A program made the position numbers and the translations under genes. Source: Nemertoderma westbladi (taxonomy: Eukaryota > Animalia > Xenacoelomorpha). Taken from it: 64,000 bases of DNA. The stretch covers positions 1 to 64,000 of the forward strand of contig JAUCBJ010009002.1 in NCBI GenBank assembly GCA_032718475.1, given 5' to 3'. The notes below the pieces were generated by a model that saw nothing but the letters and a program-made list of their open reading frames with translations, was not told the origin of the DNA and made no database searches. Below, piece after piece: positions 50,930 through 64,000 of this stretch (within the stretch, counting starts at the first letter, position 1; the number at the start of each line of letters is the position of its first letter).

Positions 50930-53531
50930 TTCTGCAGATGGATTCGCCTCCTTTGAAAGTCACAGCTAATGGTCTAATACATATCTGCCAAGTTTCAGCT
51001 TAAACGGATTAAAAGCAAAGAAATGGGAGGGCATTTAATGTTTAGACATGTGGCCCTCTAGCGGGAGACCATTGCACTGATGGTGTCTGAAAGTCTCTCA
51101 AAAATCTCAACTTTAGCTCATATTGATACCTACAAATTTTCAACTTGGCAGCTTTAAATCCGACAAAGTTATTAGCATGTCAAAATCGTAACGACGACAA
51201 CGATTTCACTTTCAGACCTTTGGCCCTCTAGCGGCAGACTGGAGAACTGCAGATGGATTCGCCTCCATTGAAAGTCACAGCTAATGGTCTAATACATATC
51301 TGCCAAGTTTCAGCTTAAACGGATTAAAAGCAAAGAAATGGGAGGGCATTTAATGTTTAGACATGTGGCCCTCTAGCGGGAGACCATTGCACTGATGGTG
51401 TCTGAAAGTCTCTCAAAAATCTCAACTTTTGCTCATATTGATACCTACAAATTTTCAACTTGGCAGCTTTAAATCCGACAAAGTTATTAGCATGTCAAAA
51501 TCGTAACGACGACAACGATTTCACTTTCAGACCTTTGGCCCTCTAGCGGCAGACTGGAGAACTGCAGATGGATTCGCCTCCTTTGAAAGTCACAGCTAAT
51601 GGTCTAATACATATCTGCCAAGTTTCAGCTTAAACGGATTAAAAGCAAAGAAATGGGAGGGCATTTAATGTTTAGACATGTGGCCCTCTAGCGGGAGACC
51701 ATTGCACTGATGGTGTCTGAAAGTCTCTCAAAAATCTCAACTTTAGCTCATATTGATACCTACAAATTTTCAACTTGGCAGCTTTAAATCCGACAAAGTT
51801 ATTAGCATGTCAAAATCGTAACGACGACAACGATTTCACTTTCAGACCTTTGGCCCTCTAGCGGCAGACTGGAGAACTGCAGATGGATTCGCCTCCTTTG
51901 AAAGTCACAGCTAATGGTCTAATACATATCTGCCAAGTTTCAGCTTAAACGGATTAAAAGCAAAGAAATGGGAGGGCATTTAATGTTTAGACATGTGGCC
52001 CTCTAGCGGGAGACCATTGCACTGATGGTGTCTGAAAGTCTCTCAAAAATCTCAACTTTTGCTCATATTGATACCTACAAATTTTCAACTTGGCAGCTTT
52101 AAATCCGACAAAGTTATTAGCATGTCAAAATCGTAACGACGACAACGATTTCACTTTCAGACCTTTGGCCCTCTAGCGGCAGACTGGAGAACTGCAGATG
52201 GATTCGCCTCCTTTGAAAGTCACAGCTAATGGTCTAATACATATCTGCCAAGTTTCAGCTTAAACGGATTAAAAGCAAAGAAATGGGAGGGCATTTAATG
52301 TTTAGACATGTGGCCCTCTAGCGGGAGACCATTGCACTGATGGTGTCTGAAAGTCTCTCAAAAATCTCAACTTTAGCTCATATTGATACCTACAAATTTT
52401 CAACTTGGCAGCTTTAAATCCGACAAAGTTATTAGCATGTCAAAATCGTAACGACGACAACGATTTCACTTTCAGACCTTTGGCCCTCTAGCGGCAGACT
52501 GGAGAACTGCAGATGGATTCGCCTCCATTGAAAGTCACAGCTAATGGTCTAATACATATCTGCCAAGTTTCAGCTTAAACGGATTAAAAGCAAAGAAATG
52601 GGAGGGCATTTAATGTTTAGACATGTGGCCCTCTAGCGGGAGACCATTGCACTGATGGTGTCTGAAAGTCTCTCAAAAATCTCAACTTTTGCTCATATTG
52701 ATACCTACAAATTTTCAACTTGGCAGCTTTAAATCCGACAAAGTTATTAGCATGTCAAAATCGTAACGACGACAACGATTTCACTTTCAGACCTTTGGCC
52801 CTCTAGCGGCAGACTGGAGAACTGCAGATGGATTCGCCTCCTTTGAAAGTCACAGCTAATGGTCTAATACATATCTGCCAAGTTTCAGCTTAAACGGATT
52901 AAAAGCAAAGAAATGGGAGGGCATTTAATGTTTAGACATGTGGCCCTCTAGCGGGAGACCATTGCACTGATGGTGTCTGAAAGTCTCTCAAAAATCTCAA
53001 CTTTAGCTCATATTGATACCTACAAATTTTCAACTTGGCAGCTTTAAATCCGACAAAGTTATTAGCATGTCAAAATCGTAACGACGACAACGATTTCACT
53101 TTCAGACCTTTGGCCCTCTAGCGGCAGACTGGAGAACTGCAGATGGATTCGCCTCCTTTGAAAGTCACAGCTAATGGTCTAATACATATCTGCCAAGTTT
53201 CAGCTTAAACGGATTAAAAGCAAAGAAATGGGAGGGCATTTAATGTTTAGACATGTGGCCCTCTAGCGGGAGACCATTGCACTGATGGTGTCTGAAAGTC
53301 TCTCAAAAATCTCAACTTTTGCTCATATTGATACCTACAAATTTTCAACTTGGCAGCTTTAAATCCGACAAAGTTATTAGCATGTCAAAATCGTAACGAC
53401 GACGACGACGACAACGACGACGACGACGACGACGACAACGACGACGACGACAACTATTTGCATAAATTGACCCACCCCCTAACAGTGTCAATTCGCTAAG
53501 GCTCCGCCAACTTCGTGGCTCGCCCCACAAA
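50930..53531 (+). repeat. Second copy lacking the 5' end: 8 x 315-bp array, (GAC)n and the same 3' end
   Basis: ATGGATTCGCCTCC recurs every 315 bp from 50938 to 53143; the 3' terminus is identical to 50160-50238. Confidence 0.95.
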
Positions 53532-53725
53532 TAGCAGTTCAATAAAGATAGATGCCGTTCAAAAAGCAAATTGACCTGTATAATAACCGAGGCCGCAAGC
53601 CGAGGTTATTATAGGTTAATTTGCTGAAGGATAAGGCAGAAGTGATTATTACAGTTTTATACGCTGAAGGTTTTTATTTCCGTATATTAACTCTAGAACA
53701 TTGCAATATTGTGTTTATTGTTAAT
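53532..53725. mobile_element. Fragment of the hairpin (Crypton-like) family
   Basis: Contains CAGTTCAATAAAGATAG (left-hairpin arm) joined to CCGAGGCCGCAAGCCGAGG and right-hairpin arm sequence. Confidence 0.6.
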
Positions 53726-53874
53726 TTGAACATATTGAACGAACAACATCACAGCATACTTTGTATTTTTAAGGATCGTGTTTTCTAATACAATACGTGT
53801 ATATTCAATTTTTTCTAGTGATTTTTAATCCCACCTTGCGTAGCATTTAAATCCATTTCCTTGCATTCATATCC

Positions 53875-54030
53875 CTCCAGAGGTCGTGGGTTCTACCCCT
53901 GCAGGCGGGCCAGGAGAGTTTTCGTTTTGGCACAAATGCTTTAAAGGGATTAACCAAACCAGGGCGCATATTTGCTTTGTTCCTTAAATGGTCGTTAAAT
54001 GAGTACACACCAGTATCTCTGTGGAGTATA
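53875..54030 (+). mobile_element. Possible tRNA-derived SINE fragment
   Basis: AGAGGTCGTGGGTTCTACCCC resembles a tRNA T-arm/B box; no A box or cloverleaf. Confidence 0.35.
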
Positions 54031-54389
54031 CAGTAGTTCTGTGGGTTATTTTCTATTTTTTCATACTGTATTTGTTACTAGGAGCTTTCCTTGAATTATT
54101 TTTCGTTTCCGCACTCATTGCCTCTAAGATAAGGTAAGGTCGACTAATAAATCTGTGCAACTTCTGTATATTTTTTTATAGCTACGATTTTACTATAGTA
54201 AAATTTAATGAAATAATTAATAAGATGGCAAACAACGAAAAGATCTTAAGTTTCTTTTTCATGCCGTTTCTATCTATAATTTAATGATGCTCGCATGGCT
54301 TTTGGTGATGTCAGTTTGTAATAAGAGTTATCTTTCTTACGAATACTGGAGTAGAATTTAAAGAGCCATTCTGTCAATCTTATTGACTT

Positions 54390-55889
54390 TGTGACGGGAT
54401 CAAGTATGGTTCCAGTCCTACTGGCTCCAGAAGTCGAGGAAATCCTGCCAAGTACCTAACTGATCTAGACTTTGCTGATGACTTAGGAGTACTCTCAGAA
54501 TCATTAGAGGGAGCCCAGCGGCTCCTCAGCTCATTAGAACATGCTGCTTCTAGTGTTGGTCTTTTTATTAACTCCAGAAAGACCAAAATTCTGACAGTTA
54601 ACTTTGAAAGTCCTCAGCAAGTCTCTGATCGGATGAGCATAAGCTCAAAGGATGGTATGCTTGAGCATGTGGGCGACTTCTGTTACCTGGGATCATGGAT
54701 CCGGAAGTCAGGTGAGGACCTTCGAATACGTAAGGGAAAGGCATGGGCAGCCTTGAATAGGCTTTCCAGGATTTGGAAGTCACCTAGAATTAATCGGAAA
54801 CTTAAGGTCCGATTATTTAGAGCAGCAGTAGTTCCAGTACTCCTCTACGGGAGTCCATGCTGGGCTCTAACTGCTGAGGACACCAAATCTCTGGATGGCA
54901 CATTCACAAGAATGCTACGCCGGGTACATTGTGTCAAGTACAATGCACACATCTCCAACCAGACACTATATAACATTGGAGGTGTCTCATTGGTTCCCCC
55001 AAGCTTGACACTAGAACAAAATCGCCTCCGCTTTGCAGGACATTGCTTTCGCCGTGAGGACCAGCCAGTGCATAATCTTGTACTTTGGCAGCCTCATGGA
55101 GTGAATAAGCATGGTGGACAGCCCATGACTTTCTTGAGACGCATCTTAAAGGACACTGGCCTTAAAGATGCGGATGATCTAGCAAATGTCATGGGTGATA
55201 GGGAGTTGTGGCGGTGCAATTTTGTTGACAAGCCGGCACAGCATTCTTAAAAATGCAGCTGCAATGCAGCATGCCGATCCTAGTAGTAGTAGTAGTAGAC
55301 GGGATCAAGGGATCCCGACCGGGTTGTTGTTCCTACGCGTCACCGCAGGCTGGGATGTTACCAGTTGTTTGGCCGAGGCCGTTAGAGAAAATTGGATTGA
55401 GTTGGTTTTGTTGTCCGACGGTCTGATATAATAAAATTGAGTAACCGGTAATAGTGAAGTACAGCAGTAGTAAGTAGATAATGGCGACGGTGACGGTGGA
55501 ACAATATCGCCCGTCTGCACTGAAAGCAATAACTGAATAACTGAACCGGTAATGGTGTGCATTGATAATATATGTATAATTACTCCTACACTGCTGTGGC
55601 CTTTTCACCTAGTGGATGCTCTCCCTCGCCCCTATTGGCTGATAATCTACTTCACGCCTCTCACTCTCTCTGGGAGTGTTTCCCCCCCTGTTGGCCCCTG
55701 CTGGTTGTTTCCCCTTTCGAGGTGGATTGACCTCTAACCTCCCTTTGTGTGGCTTTGGGGTTTGTGTTGTCCCCGATGTTGGTTGTGATACGAGATTGGT
55801 TATTGCCAATCTCGTATCTCCAATATTGCTGAAAAGGTGCCACTTCCCAACTTTATGAGGGTAATGCGGCGGAATTGAATCCGCTCACA
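54390..55889 (-). mobile_element. Solo BEL-type LTR (~595 bp) carrying an RTE insertion
   Basis: TG...CA termini; 5-bp TSD GACTT (54385-54389, 55890-55894); ends homologous to LTR 15954-16615. Confidence 0.88.
54405..55297 (+). mobile_element. 5'-truncated young RTE copy
   Basis: Near-identical to 39010-39880; (TAG)n tail; 12-bp TSD GACGGGATCAAG (54393-54404, 55298-55309). Confidence 0.95.
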
Positions 55890-56754
55890 GACTTAGTCAT
55901 TTTGCTTAACGGCGATATATTTAAGTTTCTCTGAAATACGATTTAAGAATAGCTACTGTACATGTGAAAGAAACCGTAGCAAATTTGGTATATTTGTGGT
56001 ACCATAGGATAATACATAAAATTATATGAATATCTACGTATCCGTTTCAATAAAAAAAATAAAACCAAAAAAATAGACTACCGCATTGTATGACTTTTCA
56101 CGGCATCACCTTCGCGTATATTTTATGTAATAAGGTCACATACAGCTCAAGGCCAACCACAACTATAATAATTAATAAAGCCTTAAAGAAGGCAGGTCAT
56201 AGGCCTACTGTAGGTTATTAAATCCACGTTATTTAATGTAAAGAAAAATTATTTTATTTCTTTAATTAATTCTTAAAACAGATGTCTCATGATTATTAAA
56301 CTTATTTCATCTTCATCCATACCTTACGAATCCATGCATTGTGTATTATATTATGGAAAATGTTAAACAAATATATATCAGAACTCATTGCGTCTTAAAC
56401 AAAATTCTTTAGAACGCATATGGTGTAACTGATAGATATAGATTAAATAATTAACTCGCATATCGCATATGGTGTAACTGATATCAACATAAATAAATTA
56501 ATTACCGGTTTGCGGTAAATATATCAATGAGGTCAACACTAATTTACCTAGTAACATAATTTGATTGAGAAACAAATGTAAAGATGTAGCGAGATTAAAA
56601 AGATTAGAAATTATTAGAAATTAAAAAATCACATTTGCAGTGTATTTCATACCAAGCATTTAATAGGCTGCATTTTTAAATTGTCAATAACACTGTCACA
56701 GAGATAAATAAAACATATATTTAGTAGTTATTTAGTAGGCATGAGCAGCATTGA

Positions 56755-56895
56755 ATAATCTGTCCAGGATTTGGAAGTCCCATAAAATAAAGCGAATCTT
56801 ACCGTAAGGTTCGATTATTTAGGGCAGCAGTAGAACCAGTACAGTACTCCTATATGGGTGTCCATGCTGGGCTCTTCCTGCAGAGGACACTAAAT
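56755..56895 (+). mobile_element. Old RTE fragment
   Basis: TCCAGGATTTGGAAGTC...CCATGCTGGGCTCT...GAGGACAC matches the RTE consensus. Confidence 0.75.
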
Positions 56896-57718
56896 GGGTA
56901 AAATGAAAATCGGTTTCAGTACACCCGCTTGGAAATTTTTTGAAGTTCCAAAGCCCGTTGAATTTCTGTTTCTCGTAGGCCTTATGTATCTTAGATGACT
57001 CACTTTGTTATGGGTTCATAAGGTCACGGTAGTACGCCTTTGTTATCTCTCGGTTGAAGATATGCCTTTAGATTGCGTGCCACTTAATTGGCTTTTTGAG
57101 TTGAATTGAGGGAAAAAGCCAACCTCTTTATCAGATTACTATTAGCACCAGTTAATTGATTAAAACCAATAGAATTGGCCGTGTTCCGAGTGAATGTTAC
57201 TTAAATAAATATCACCTTGTACGATAATGGTATGAATAATGTAGTTATTTGACAGATTATAATATTTTGAGAAAATTGCAGTTAAAGATTTTGCACAAAA
57301 ATTATTTTCAATTGTTCTTAGTTTATGAAAAGTGTTATAACTCCTAAGCCGTTTCCAGATTTGAAATCTCCTTTAAATTTCACATCATATCGAATAAATA
57401 TAACACATTTATTATTTATAGTCAAGCGACTTTCAGTAAAAAACCTTACCGGCAGTAAAACACAATACAGCAATACGACCAAAACTGGACCTAGGAAGCA
57501 TGCATGCATCTGTGATCAGCTATCGGCAGACAGCTGACCGGTAGGTTTCGCCTCGAGGAAGGCATTATCAAGCGACAAAGTTAAAGGGCGACAATACGAG
57601 TGTAGTCACAAGAGGGGGATAAAGAAAGGAAATGGGAATTGTGTATTTATGCCATAAGTAAAATCATCGTATCTTCTCTCTTATTTGAGAAATAGTAACA
57701 GTCATCATAAATTGATTG

Positions 57719-60700
57719 TCAGGTCAGGTATTCTAGGTCATTGATCAAGAAAACTTGCCACCTCCATGCAGCATAAAGGAGGTGCCACCTGTGGCTGCAT
57801 AGACCCTCTTACTAGGGCAAATCTGGTCCTGTAACTAGGACCCCCTTCGTTCTGGGATAATGACGCCCTTGGTCCTGGATTAAGGACCCATACTTTAGGC
57901 CTATACTTGGCTGCAGGGGTATATGGCCTGGCCAGGCAGATGGTGATCTACCAATGGCTGGTTAGGAGTAGGGTGTTCTCATCTCCACTCTGAGAGCACT
58001 TCACTGCGACCTGCACCTGGCAGCAAGGGTACAGGGCAAGACCCAGCAGATGAGCTGCAACAGCCAATGGTGGGTCAGGTGCGCCAGAGTAGATATGGGT
58101 GATGGGCCTCATATCTGACTCCATTGCGACACCCACCCTGTGGAATGGCAAACCAGGGTGTGGTATTTGCCCTGAGAGCTGACTCGGCAAAAAACACCCC
58201 CAACCCCCACTATGGATTACATTAGTAATGCGGAGGTCCCGCCACTAGAGGCCAGTGGAATTACCGGACACAATCGGCCTCACAGGCGTCAGTTATCTCC
58301 TGACTGGCTGCCTGTCTCACCCCCCACTGGAGAGAGAGCAGCTAACAATTCTTTGAGTCCCTTTCCTGATGACCTTTCTGGCCCAAACTGTGAGGGGGGG
58401 GGGGGATTCTGGAGTTGGAGGCTACTCTCATGTCCCACCCCGAACTACCAAGCTATTGGTGAATCTGACGCAACACACTAACGTAGACTAACAACACTAG
58501 AACACCCTAACACTCGGGTCCCCAATGCGACAAGGTGAGCTGACTGCCTTGGCAGATAAGCTTTCTCTTAGCGCAGTGGGTGTTCAAAAGCACCGAATGC
58601 AGACTGGACAAACTGATGAGGTTCTGGTTAAGGACATCGGGGGCGGTTGGCGACTCGAACCTCGCATCAGCAGTGGTGGAATTGGTCTATTGATGAATCC
58701 AACTGCACATGCAGCATTGGATAAAATTGACCAAATCTCTAACCGTATCATCCGTTGCCACTTCTCATGTTCTGGAAGACTGGCTTAGAAGTTTCCTAAG
58801 GCGGTTCTGATTGTGTGCTATTCTCCAACTAGTGTTGCCCAGTAGAGGAGGTGGAAAATTTATACCACAATCTACAAGCAGCTACTGATGGATTAGATCA
58901 GCATGCATTCTTAACATTCCTGGGAGACTTTAATGCAAGTCTGCATCAATCACCTATATCGCCCTGGGTCTATAGCGATAGCGTTAACCGAAATTTCGTC
59001 CATCTTCAGGATTTCATCTCTGGAAATGGATTGTTTTCGGCTGGAACCCAGTTCAAGAAGTGAACTGTAAAGCTATGGACTCATAGTGGACCCAGTGGTC
59101 ACAAGTCCCAGATAGACCATATTGTGTTTCGTAGGAAAGGCGCACTATACAAGACTGTAATGCATTTACACTTCGACCCTTCTCCGGTAGTAATCACCGC
59201 CTTATTGTGGCCAAGGTAAGAATTAGTCTGCGTGCTAGCAGAACAACGAATCTGCCTTGCCGCGGCATGACTGGTCCTCTCTGTTGCAACATCCAAGTGT
59301 GAGATCCAGCTTCACACTACAGCTGAGCAACAGGTATGAGGTTCTTGCCTCTGAGGGGGCAGATCACTGCGAGGGCTATGCTGCCTTCACAGGAGCAGTT
59401 AAGTTAGCAGCTGCAGAAACAGTTCCTGTATATCCTCGAAACAGGAAAAGGGCCCCCTGGACTGACCACAAAATTCAGAAGTGCCGAAATTACCTCTATA
59501 AGGCGCAGAAAGAGTCCCGATTCAAACAGACTACAGCGGCTAAGAATGCAGTTAAGGCTGCATCCATGTCCCTGAACAGGCAGTACTCTGTTAATCTACA
59601 GGAGCTTATAAACCAACATGTTGATGCCATCAATGATGCCGACGACAGCAGGCAATCATCCCATGCATGGAAATCGATCAACTTGCTTACTGGGCGGAAA
59701 AGCCAACCAACCACCAAAGTTAAGGCTGAATCTCCAACCAATCGCCCATTTTGAAAAGCTCCTCAATAATGACAGGGTATTGTCCGATAACTTTATAGAA
59801 GTAAAAGTGTCTGAGTCTGTACTCCCAGATATTCCCATTGGCCATATCTTTGCAGAAGTGAAGGCTGCTGAAAGAGCATTAAGACCAATCGTGCTAGTAG
59901 AGTAGATGGTGTTCCCCCTGAGGTCTTTAAAATACCTGAGTGTTTAAAGCTCATCTATCCCATCATAGTAGACATGTACAGAACAACAAGAGTCACACAA
60001 GAAATTAAAATAAATAAGTTCGTGTCAGTTCCCAAGAAGGGCTGGCTACCTAACACTCTATGGTTCTTTTCGGGGAATCTCATTGATCTCGATTCTTGCA
60101 AAGCTATACAATAGAATTCTATTAGATCGCATCAGGGATCCCATTGAGAGACTGCTCCGTGGAAATCAGAATGGGTTCCGCAAAGGTCGTGGGACTATGG
60201 AGCCCATTTTGGCATTTTGGCAAAAAAGAAAGACAGCATCTGGCTGTTATCTTTGTTGACTTCTTCAAGGCCTTTGATTCAGTCTCTCGTTCACGTACGT
60301 TCAGCATACTTTCATTATATGGGATTCTTTGTGAAATTATTGCAGCAATCAGATCAGTATACGATGTTTCAACAACATTTGTGTCTACTGTTGACGGTGA
60401 CACAGAACCATTCGAAGTGTTATGGGGAGTCCTCCAGGGAGAGACACATGCGCCATTCTTGTTCATAATTGTGGTTGACTATATTCTACGCATTCCCTTA
60501 GATCATCATAATGATGATGCTGTGATGGTAACTGTACCTACTGGCACCAGAAGTCGAGGAAATCCTGCCAAGTGCCCAACTGATCTAGACTTTGCTGATG
60601 ACTTAGGAGTACTCTCAGAATCACTAGAGTGAGCCTAACGGCCTAATTAGAACAGGCTGCCTATAGTGTTAGTCTTTTTATAACTCCAAAAAGACGAAAA

Positions 60701-62803
60701 TTTTGACAGTTAACTTTGTAAGTCCTCAGCAAGTCTCTGACCGGATGAGCATAAGCTCAAAGGATGGTATGCTGAGCATATGGACGGCTTCTGTTACCTG
60801 GGATCATGGTCCCAGGTAAATAAGTTGGTGCCAGTTCCCAAGAAGGGCAACCTAACACTCTATGGTTCTTTTCGGGGAATCTCATTGATCTCGATTGCTG
60901 CAAAGCTATACAATAGGATTCTATTAAATCGCATCAGGGATCCCATTGAGAGACTGCTTCGTGGAAATCAGAATGGGTTCCGTAAAGGTCGTGGGACCAT
61001 GGAGCCCATTTTGGCACTTAGAAGGATAATTGAAGAATTATCAAAAAAGAAAGACAGGCATCTGGCTGTTATCTTTGTTGACTTCCTCAAGGCCTTTGAT
61101 TCAGTCTCTCGCTCACGTATGTTCAGCATACTTTCATTATATGGGATTCCTGATGAAATTATTGCAGCAATCAGATCAGTATACGATGGTTCGACAACAT
61201 TTGTGTCTACTGTTGACGGTGACACAGAACCATTTGAAGTGTTATGGGGCGTCCTCCAAGGAGACACACTTGCACCATTCTTGTTCATTATTGTGGTTGA
61301 CTATGTTCTACGCATGTCCTTAGATCATCATAATGATGATGGGGTGATGATAACTCCACCTACTGGCTCCAGAAGTCGAGGAAATCCTGCCAAGTACCTA
61401 ACTGATCTAGACTTTGCTGATGACTTAGGAGTACTCTCAGAATCATTAGAGGGAGCCCAACGGCTCCTCAGCTCATTAGAACATGCTGCTTCTAGTGTTG
61501 GTCTTTTTATTAACTCCAGAAAGACCAAAATTTTGACAGTTAACTTTGAAAGTCCTCAGCAAGTCTCTGATCGGATGAGCATAAGCTCAAAGGATGGTAT
61601 GCTTGAGCATGTGGACGACTTCTGTTACCTGGGATCATGGATCCGGAAGTCAGGTGAGGACCTTCGAATACGTAAGGGAAAGACATGGGCAGCCTTGAAT
61701 AGGCTTTCCAGGATTTGGAAGTCACCGAGAATTAATCGGAAACTTAATGTCCGATTATTTAGAGCAGCAGTAGTTCCAGTACTCCTCTACGAGAGTCCAT
61801 GCTGGGCTCTAACTGCTGAGGACAAAAAATCTCTGGATGGCACATTCACAAGAATGTTACGCCGGGTTCATTGTGTCAAGTACAATGCACACATCTCCAA
61901 CCAGACACTATATAACATTGGAGGTGTCTCATTGGTTCCCCCAAGCTTGACACTAGAACAAAATCGCCTCCGCTTTGCAGGACATTGCTTTCGCCGTGAG
62001 GACCAGCCAGTGCATAATCTTGTACTTTGGCAGCCTCATGGAGTGAATAAGCATGGTGGACGACAGCCCATGACTTTCTTGAGACGCATCTTAAAGGACA
62101 CTGGCCTTGAAGATGCGGATGATCTAGCAAATGTCATGGGTGATAGGGAGTTGTGGCGGTGCAATTTTGTTGACAAGCCGGCACAGCATTCTTAAAAATG
62201 CAGCTGCAATGCAGCATGCCGATCCCCTACTACTGGGATCATGGATCCGGAAGTCAGGTGAGGACCATCGAATACGTAAGGGGAAGGCATGGGCAGTCTT
62301 GAATAGGCTCTCCAGGATTTGGAAGTCAAGTAGAATTAATCGGAAACTTAGACTTATTTAGAGCAGCAGTAGTTCCAGTACACCTCTATGGGAGTGCATG
62401 CTAGGTTCTAACTGTTGAGGACACTAAATATCTGGATGGCACATTCACAAGAATGCTACGCCGGGTTCACTGTGTCAAGTACAATGCACACATCTCCAAC
62501 CAGACACTATTTAACATTGGAGATGTCTCATTGGTTCCCCAAGCTTGACACTAGAGCAAAGCCGCCTCCGCTTTGCAGGACATTGCTTTCGCCGTGAGGA
62601 CCATTCAGTGCATAATAAGCATGGTGGACAGCCGATGAATTTCTTGAGACTCATCTTAAAGGACACTGACTTTGAAGATACGGATTATCTATCAAATGTC
62701 ATGGGTGATAGGGTGTTGTGGCGGCGCAATTTTGTCGACAAATCTGCACAGCATTCTAAAAAATGCAGCTGCAATGCAGCATGCCGATCCTAGTAGTACT
62801 AGT
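57719..62803 (+). mobile_element. Full-length but decayed RTE LINE (5' UTR, APE endonuclease, RT, TAG tail)
   Basis: APE motifs VGVQKH, GGIGLL, CYSPT, LGDFNA, SQIDHI, HRLI; RT with stops and frameshifts; 15-bp TSD ATCATAAATT(G/T)ATTG at 57704-57718 and 62804-62818. Confidence 0.9.
60810..62232 (+). mobile_element. Young 5'-truncated RTE copy nested in the full-length copy
   Basis: Open RT frame ending at 62195; 12-bp TSD CTGGGATCATGG (60798-60809, 62233-62244). Confidence 0.92.
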
Positions 62804-64000
62804 ATCATAAATTTATTGAATTTTAATTTAAAATCAGGATGGGCGGTCTAATAATCACATCATCAAATTACGATGTTTTATTAATAATGAACGATGTGGA
62901 GCATTGGAGAAAGGGAGATAAAGTACTTTACAGTACTTTATCTGCTGCAGCGGTGCCCTGTTGGTGATCTGCTACAGACGTCTAAGTGTAACAGATGCGG
63001 ACCCGACATGTAAATCTGAAATAGGGTACAAGCGAAATAAATCGATATGAATCAGTAGGACTATATCTTTTTATCTCTACCGTTGTGTGTTGGTTATATA
63101 TAAAAAGGGAGAGTGTATTACTCTTGATCAATGTACTTACTTAATATATAATATTAATATGCTTTAATATTTTATACTTAATTGTATTAGTGTACTATCG
63201 AATAAAATAACTAAAAAACCTCATACAATCATCATTTTTCATTCTAACCCTATCTAGCAATATAATTAAGTAATGTGATCAATCCTTAAATAATTACAAC
63301 ATTATACTGAAAACTATCAGTAGATAGATGGATAGATTTATTTATACATTATGTAAAAACAATTACAACTACGGTGTGGGGACCTCCTAAAATTCCTAAA
63401 ATTATTAAAATATGAGCAAATCTGTCAACATTTCTAATTTATATTTTACATAGTCCGTATTTAGCAATTTTTTCTAGAACACTATTTATCTTAACGACAG
63501 ATGTTCTACATAGCAACAATAATTAAATAACATGCAAGGGTATATTTATCTATTTTGACACTGTTCAATCATAAATAAGGAGAATCTAAGCTCGAAAAAA
63601 TAAAAACTTAAGGAATAAGTATTATGTTTGCAGTTAAGGAGTTACTAATTTTGTAAAATTGCAGCGTTATGGCAAACGCTGTTACAGGCAGTGAACTTGT
63701 AATACATACAAGGCTCGGTGTGCAATTTGGAGCTCATCACTGCGGCCAAATAATGCACAGACATACCTCTCTCAGGAATATGCTGTCAGCTTGCTAACTC
63801 TCTCTAGACATGTATCCTCAAGAACTGGCGGAAATATGTTAATTCGAATGTGGAATTTGTGGCCGACGCATTTATGGACAGAATGGCGCAGGTTTATCCG
63901 TAACGAAGTAGCAGTGGTTACACTAACTGAGATGTTGTTTCTGTAAGGTGATGTTCGGTACTACCAGTGGACCGTGAAATGAAAGGTGAAGGAATGTTGA

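Overview
AT-rich animal genomic DNA, not prokaryotic. Repeat motifs such as GCGAGCGTAGCGAGC, GGGGCTGCCGCCCC and TAGGCCTA suggest a marine deuterostome, possibly an echinoderm (inference). Most of the window is nested transposable elements and tandem arrays. (1) 1-16.6 kb: a piggyBac-like end, then a decayed BEL/Pao LTR element with antisense ORFs upstream of gag; a CRE-clade RLE retrotransposon and a second LINE are inserted in this region. (2) About 19-35 kb: a spliced host gene that the ORF track does not assemble. Three coding exons (24170-24251, 25285-25476, 34505-34749) give a ~172-aa secreted protein with one anaphylatoxin-like CC-C-C-CC motif. An 8.1-kb 57-bp satellite lies in intron 2 and a 22-bp array follows the stop. 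(3) 36.6-44.4 kb: an Academ-like DNA transposon holding a TTAA MITE, an RTE copy and a hairpin-flanked Crypton-like relic. (4) 45-64 kb: MITEs, a Helentron/HINE-like element with a 315-bp higher-order array, a solo BEL LTR with an RTE insertion, and a full-length RTE with a younger copy of the same family inside it. All long ORFs at 26.3-34.5 kb are satellite translation artefacts. Family assignments come from motif recognition by eye, not database searches.
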